Of a DNA stretch of 64,000 nucleotides, positions 60,435 through 64,000 are shown one piece after another. The notes beneath the pieces are model-generated. The model searched no databases. It was given only the letters and a program-made list of their open reading frames with translations, and had not been told where the DNA came from. How positions within the stretch are numbered: position 1 is the stretch's first letter; every line of letters begins with the position of its first letter. A program made the position numbers and the translations under genes. Source of the stretch: an uncultured bacterium (GTDB taxonomy: Bacteria > Cyanobacteriota > Vampirovibrionia > Gastranaerophilales > Gastranaerophilaceae); contig OMPX01000053.1 of NCBI GenBank assembly GCA_900313115.1, positions 568 through 64,567 of the forward strand. Reading direction: 5' to 3'.

Positions 60435-60767
60435 TTAGCATAATCCCGGAATACTGATACCACCTGTTACTGACTTAATCTTTGCTTCCATTTCTGCTGA
60501 TGCTTTATCAGAGGTTTGCTTGATTGCTGTAATTATAGCATCTTCCAATGTTTCAATAGTATCTTCATCAACTGACTCAGGATTTTCCGGATTAATTAAT
60601 TCTGCAGATAACTTAATAGACTTAAATTTACCTTGTCCGTCACAAATAACCTTAACTGCACCACCAAGCGCTTCACCTTCCACCTCTTGTTCTGAAAGTT
60701 CTTTTTGAACATCTTTAAGTCTTTTTTGGATATTTTGTGCTTGTTGCATCATTTGCATAATATTCAT
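60435..60767 (-). CDS. ybaB: nucleoid-associated protein YbaB/EbfC
   Basis: MNIMQMMQQAQNIQKRLKDVQKEL...; 110 aa, immediately upstream of recR. Confidence 0.93.
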   Translation of the reverse strand: MNIMQMMQQAQNIQKRLKDVQKELSEQEVEGEALGGAVKVICDGQGKFKSIKLSAELINPENPESVDEDTIETLEDAIITAIKQTSDKASAEMEAKIKSVTGGISIPGLC

Positions 60768-60865
60768 TAAAATTTCCTCCTTAAATATTTTACCATCAGG
60801 ATTGTATTTTTCTAATATTTCCCAAATCTATTACTTTATTGCGTATTTTATTATACAATAAAAAT

Positions 60866-61696
60866 ATGGAAATAAAAAGTTATCTTAATGGAAGTGTAAA
60901 GAAGGGTTACTTGCTAAGATGGCAAAGAATGCCATTATCTGTCTTTATAGCCCCAATGAAATTCTACTCAAAACAAGGAGAAGATTTAGCATACAGGAAA
61001 TTAGTGCTTCAGGCATTAGAAACTTGGGAAAGAGCAAGCGAAGGCTTGGTTCAGTTCCATGTTGTAGATAACTTACTAAGTTCACAAATAAATGTAGATT
61101 GGAGAAGGGTAGATAGAAAAGCTCTCGGTCACTGTCAATATAACTATGATACCTGGATGCGCTTGTATGGAGCAGAAGTGTCCATTGGGCTTACAGATGG
61201 CAAAATTCATCAAGCATACGACTCACAAGCAGAAGTTTATCACACTATACTTCACGAAATAGGGCATGCTCTCGGTCTGGGACACAGTCCATATGATACA
61301 GATATTATGTACACACCTCACAAATACGGCGTTGTGGAATTATCCGAAAATGACATTTTCTCAATCCAATGTCTTTATTCTTTCCCTGCAGGGAAAAGTG
61401 TAAAAGAAATTGGCATGCAATATTCTATTCCTACAAATGACGACATAGATTTAGTTATTAGAAAACTTGATGAAAAATATGCACAAGAAATAGAAGAAGA
61501 ACAAGGAATTACAAAAACATCAGATAACAATGCAGCTACGGAATATCCATCTGTTATTAAAACAGAACGGGATTTACTTGATGAAACCACGGGTATTGGG
61601 GACATCAGACGTTACAATATGATGATGCAAAATATCGGACTATCAAAAAAAATGCAGGATTTTTTCAATAGCCAACACAGAGATAGTGGGAAATAA
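60866..61696 (+). CDS. matrixin-like (M10, metzincin) zinc metalloprotease
   Basis: HEIGHALGLGHS (HExxHxxGxxH) with a downstream DIMY Met-turn. The ORF opens at TTG 60839. No obvious signal peptide. Confidence 0.75.
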   Translation: MEIKSYLNGSVKKGYLLRWQRMPLSVFIAPMKFYSKQGEDLAYRKLVLQALETWERASEGLVQFHVVDNLLSSQINVDWRRVDRKALGHCQYNYDTWMRLYGAEVSIGLTDGKIHQAYDSQAEVYHTILHEIGHALGLGHSPYDTDIMYTPHKYGVVELSENDIFSIQCLYSFPAGKSVKEIGMQYSIPTNDDIDLVIRKLDEKYAQEIEEEQGITKTSDNNAATEYPSVIKTERDLLDETTGIGDIRRYNMMMQNIGLSKKMQDFFNSQHRDSGK

Positions 61697-61730
61697 TAAA
61701 AAAAAGGGGTTGAAAATTTTCATCAACCCC
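61693..61730 (-). terminator. intrinsic terminator after rplA
   Basis: The minus strand reads GGGGTTGA-loop-TCAACCCC followed by T8. Confidence 0.85.
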
Positions 61731-61758
61731 AAAGTATCAACCAACAATCTTTGTTGAA

Positions 61759-62484
61759 TTACCCAACTATTTCTTTAACTTCAGCAGCTAAACCTTTACT
61801 GTCTAACTTTATGCTTGGTCCCATAGTTGTAGTAATATAAACTGACTTAACGAATGTACCTTTTGTTGAAGATGGTTTTGCTTTAATAATAGCATCAGCC
61901 AAAGTAGCAAAGTTCTTAACGATATCGTCAGCTGAGAATTGAACTTTTCCAACAGGACAGTGAATCATACCTTGCTTGTCAGCACGGAATTCAACTTTAC
62001 CTGCTTTAGCAGCCTTAACTGCACCTGCAACATCTAATGTAACAGTACCTGTCTTAGGGTTTGGCATTAAGCCTTTTGGACCTAACACTCTACCTAATTT
62101 ACCTAACATACCCATACAATCAGGTGTTGCAATCAATGTATCAAATTCAAACCAACCGCCTGAAATCTTATCAATAATATCTTCAGTACCGGCAAAGTCT
62201 GCACCTGCCTGAGTTGCTTCATTAACTTTAGCACCCTTAGCGATAACACAAACTCTGACTTCTTTACCTAAACCTGCAGGTAAAACTACTGTAGATCTGA
62301 TTTGTTGATCAGCGTGTTTTACATCAATACCTAATCTCATGTGGCATTCAACTGTTTCATCAAACTTTGCAACTGCCTTAGAGATTTCTTGCAATTTTTC
62401 AACTGCTGATTTTATAGTAGATGGTTGTTCAAAACCTTCTAATAATTCATTTACTTTTTGTTGTCTTTTTGTTAATTTTGCCAT
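61759..62484 (-). CDS. rplA: 50S ribosomal protein L1
   Basis: [10 protein letters not shown]..., full-length L1 similarity; follows rplK. Confidence 0.98.
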   Translation of the reverse strand: MAKLTKRQQKVNELLEGFEQPSTIKSAVEKLQEISKAVAKFDETVECHMRLGIDVKHADQQIRSTVVLPAGLGKEVRVCVIAKGAKVNEATQAGADFAGTEDIIDKISGGWFEFDTLIATPDCMGMLGKLGRVLGPKGLMPNPKTGTVTLDVAGAVKAAKAGKVEFRADKQGMIHCPVGKVQFSADDIVKNFATLADAIIKAKPSSTKGTFVKSVYITTTMGPSIKLDSKGLAAEVKEIVG

Positions 62485-62499
62485 TTTTATTTTCCTTTC

Positions 62500-62528
62500 A
62501 TGGTCGTAACGGACTGATGTCCTTCCAT
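62500..62528 (-). promoter_or_regulatory. conserved leader hairpin immediately upstream of the rplA SD
   Basis: The minus strand reads ATGG-AA-GGAC-ATCA-GTCC-GTTACGA-CCAT followed by GAAAGGAAAATAAAAATG. Paralogous to the hairpin at 63060-63087. Confidence 0.55.
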
Positions 62529-62536
62529 ACTTTAAA

Positions 62537-62568
62537 GATACTAAGATACTGAGGCACTAAGGCACTAT
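62537..62568. repeat. tandem octamer array in the rplA leader
   Basis: GATACTAA GATACTGA GGCACTAA GGCACTAT read directly. Confidence 0.9.
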
Positions 62569-62581
62569 ATTATTCCGTTCT
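62569..62581 (-). promoter_or_regulatory. 13-mer box AGAACGGAATAAT shared with the rplK leader
   Basis: Identical 13-mer at 63117-63129, in the same position relative to the repeats, hairpin and SD. Confidence 0.5.
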
Positions 62582-62602
62582 CTTTTTGAGGTTTGATAAT
62601 AT

Positions 62603-62617
62603 ATTTACCCCTACCCC
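62603..62617 (-). repeat. GGGGTA GGGGTAAAT motif directly after the rplK stop
   Basis: The plus strand reads ATTTACCCC TACCCC, abutting the stop codon at 62618-62620. Confidence 0.9.
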
Positions 62618-63043
62618 TTATTCTTCTACTGTAACACCCATAGAGCTGCAAGAACCTGCAATCATTTTTACTGCTGCATCCATATCTCTTGCATTTAAGT
62701 CATTCATTTTGATTTTAGCAATTTCTTCTAATTGTGCTCTTGTTATAGAACCAACTTTATCCTTTTTAGGATTAGAAGAACCTTTAGGAAGGTTTAGAGC
62801 TTTCTTAATCAAAATTGGAGCAGGAGGTGACTTGATAACAAAAGTAAAACTTCTGTCTTCATATACATCAATAATAACCGGAATGATGTAACCTGCTTTA
62901 TCTTGTGTTTGAGCATTAAATTGCTTACAAAAATCCATGATGTTAACACCGTGTTGACCTAATGCAGGACCAACAGGAGGTGATGGATTTGCTTTACCTG
63001 CTTCGATTTGAAGCTTAATTTTTCCTACTACTTTCTTTGCCAT
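62618..63043 (-). CDS. rplK: 50S ribosomal protein L11
   Basis: [35 protein letters not shown]. Confidence 0.99.
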   Translation of the reverse strand: MAKKVVGKIKLQIEAGKANPSPPVGPALGQHGVNIMDFCKQFNAQTQDKAGYIIPVIIDVYEDRSFTFVIKSPPAPILIKKALNLPKGSSNPKKDKVGSITRAQLEEIAKIKMNDLNARDMDAAVKMIAGSCSSMGVTVEE

Positions 63044-63059
63044 TTATTTTTCTCCTTTC

Positions 63060-63087
63060 GTGGTGCAAACGGGACGAACCCTTCCAC
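63060..63087 (-). promoter_or_regulatory. conserved leader hairpin immediately upstream of the rplK SD
   Basis: The minus strand reads GTGG-AA-GGG-TTCGT-CCC-GTTTGCA-CCAC followed by GAAAGGAGAAAAATAAATG. Confidence 0.55.
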
Positions 63088-63096
63088 TTGTCTAAT

Positions 63097-63117
63097 TGGA
63101 AAATGGAAAATGGGAAA
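63097..63117. repeat. tandem heptamer array in the rplK leader
   Basis: TGGAAAA TGGAAAA TGGGAAA read directly. Confidence 0.85.
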
Positions 63118-63129
63118 TTATTCCGTTCT
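63117..63129 (-). promoter_or_regulatory. 13-mer box AGAACGGAATAAT shared with the rplA leader
   Basis: Identical to the box at 62569-62581. Confidence 0.5.
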
Positions 63130-63163
63130 ACATATTCTATTTTCCGCTATCTATTATACTGTT

Positions 63164-63817
63164 TTATATTTTTTGAATTTGCTTGTATTCCAACTCAACC
63201 GGTGTTTCACGACCAAAGATTGATACATTAGCACGCAATTTAGATTTATCAGGATAAACTTCTGTAATATCACCAATAAATTCAGCGAACGGACCTGATG
63301 TAATTCTGACTTTGTCGCCAACCTTGACATCAAGCTCGATTTTTTGAGTTTGAGCACCTGCTCTGTTGATAATCTTCTTGATTTCGCTATCTTTTGCAGG
63401 GATAGGTTTCTTAGCTGAACCAACGAACTTTGTAACACCTGCAGTATGTCTTACTACATACCAGCTATCTTCGTCCATTATCATCTCAACAAGAACATAT
63501 CCTGGGAAAATCTTTTCATCTTTTTCCTGTTTCTTGCCGCCTTTTATCTGAGTAACAGTCTTTTGAGGAACTTCTACTCTGAAAATTTTATCTGACATAT
63601 TCATATATTCAATACGTTTTTCAAGATTGCCTTTAACCTTGTTTTCATAACCTGAATAAGTATGAACTATGTACCATCTTTTTTCATTCTTTTTAGATGC
63701 TTTTTTAACATTTGATGTACGAGTTGCGTCCTGAACAGTTTCAAGCTCTCCTGTTGAATCATCAATCACATCTTCATTTTCTAAAAAGTTTTCTTCGTTT
63801 TCAACCATTCTTGTCAC
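63164..63817 (-). CDS. nusG: transcription termination/antitermination factor NusG
   Basis: KRWYIVHTYSGYENKV NGN domain and a C-terminal KOW domain (GDKVRITSGPFAEFIG). About 45-aa acidic N-terminal extension. Confidence 0.96.
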   Translation of the reverse strand: MTRMVENEENFLENEDVIDDSTGELETVQDATRTSNVKKASKKNEKRWYIVHTYSGYENKVKGNLEKRIEYMNMSDKIFRVEVPQKTVTQIKGGKKQEKDEKIFPGYVLVEMIMDEDSWYVVRHTAGVTKFVGSAKKPIPAKDSEIKKIINRAGAQTQKIELDVKVGDKVRITSGPFAEFIGDITEVYPDKSKLRANVSIFGRETPVELEYKQIQKI

Positions 63818-63824
63818 CTATATT

Positions 63825-64000
63825 TTACATTGTCGGGATTAACCCTAAAATTGCCTTAAAAATAATATCGATTAAGTAAACAGCAACCGTGAACAAAAAT
63901 ACAATCGCAACAACTGCAATAGTTTCAGCAATAACCTGTTTTCTTTCAGGCCAAGTAATCTTTGCCCATTCAAGCTTAACTGATTTCAAATATGCAACTA
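63825..64000 (-). CDS. secE: preprotein translocase subunit SecE (C-terminal part; gene runs off the right edge)
   Basis: My translation ...AYLKSVKLEWAKITWPERKQVIAETIAVVAIVFLFTVAVYLIDIIFKAILGLIPTM*, with the typical SecE K.V.WP motif plus TM. Conserved secE-nusG-rplK-rplA order. Confidence 0.85.
   Translation of the reverse strand, partial: VAYLKSVKLEWAKITWPERKQVIAETIAVVAIVFLFTVAVYLIDIIFKAILGLIPTM

Noticed and set aside
62586-62891. 101-aa plus-strand ORF overlapping rplK, and 63154-63438 overlapping nusG
   Set aside because: Both are antisense to, or out of frame with, universally conserved genes and have no independent signals.
1-64000. Search for a defence island, CRISPR array, prophage, transposon, integron or toxin-antitoxin pair
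   Set aside because: I could see no transposase, integrase, recombinase, Cas, restriction-modification, nuclease-NTPase or phage structural signatures. Nearly every ORF is a recognisable housekeeping or transport gene, and the intergenic gaps are too short to hide such elements.

Overview
AT-rich (roughly one-third G+C by eye), densely packed bacterial chromosomal window, read with the standard genetic code. It is mostly housekeeping genes. LpxA, two TolC-family proteins and a ShlB/FhaC-type transporter indicate a diderm organism. Recognisable content: a MacAB-TolC-like efflux operon, aroQ, lpxA, purB, rlmH, an MscS-like channel, nadE, nnrD, trmL, panB/panC, a YvcK-like gene, pxpA, bioD/bioA, nadK, an RND efflux operon, queE, a parvulin, efp-accB-accC, apt, mnmG, recR/ybaB and secE-nusG-rplK-rplA. 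I found no tRNA, rRNA, CRISPR array, transposase, integrase or recognisable defence genes, and no convincing novel multi-gene system. The unusual signals are at sequence level. (1) The 9-mer GGGGTAAAT is strongly over-represented, reads in the sense of transcription, and sits on or just after stop codons; one four-copy array fits a G-quadruplex motif. (2) Short tandem 7-10 nt arrays lie in the leaders of housekeeping genes, reminiscent of cyanobacterial STRR repeats. (3) The leaders of rplK and rplA share one architecture, with compensatory changes in a hairpin. At gene level the oddities are an orphan TpsB-type transporter flanked only by small unknown proteins, and several orphan proteins. 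The efp-accB linkage and STRR-like repeats hint at a non-photosynthetic cyanobacteria-related lineage (Melainabacteria-like), but this is only inference. All coordinates and counts were made by eye.
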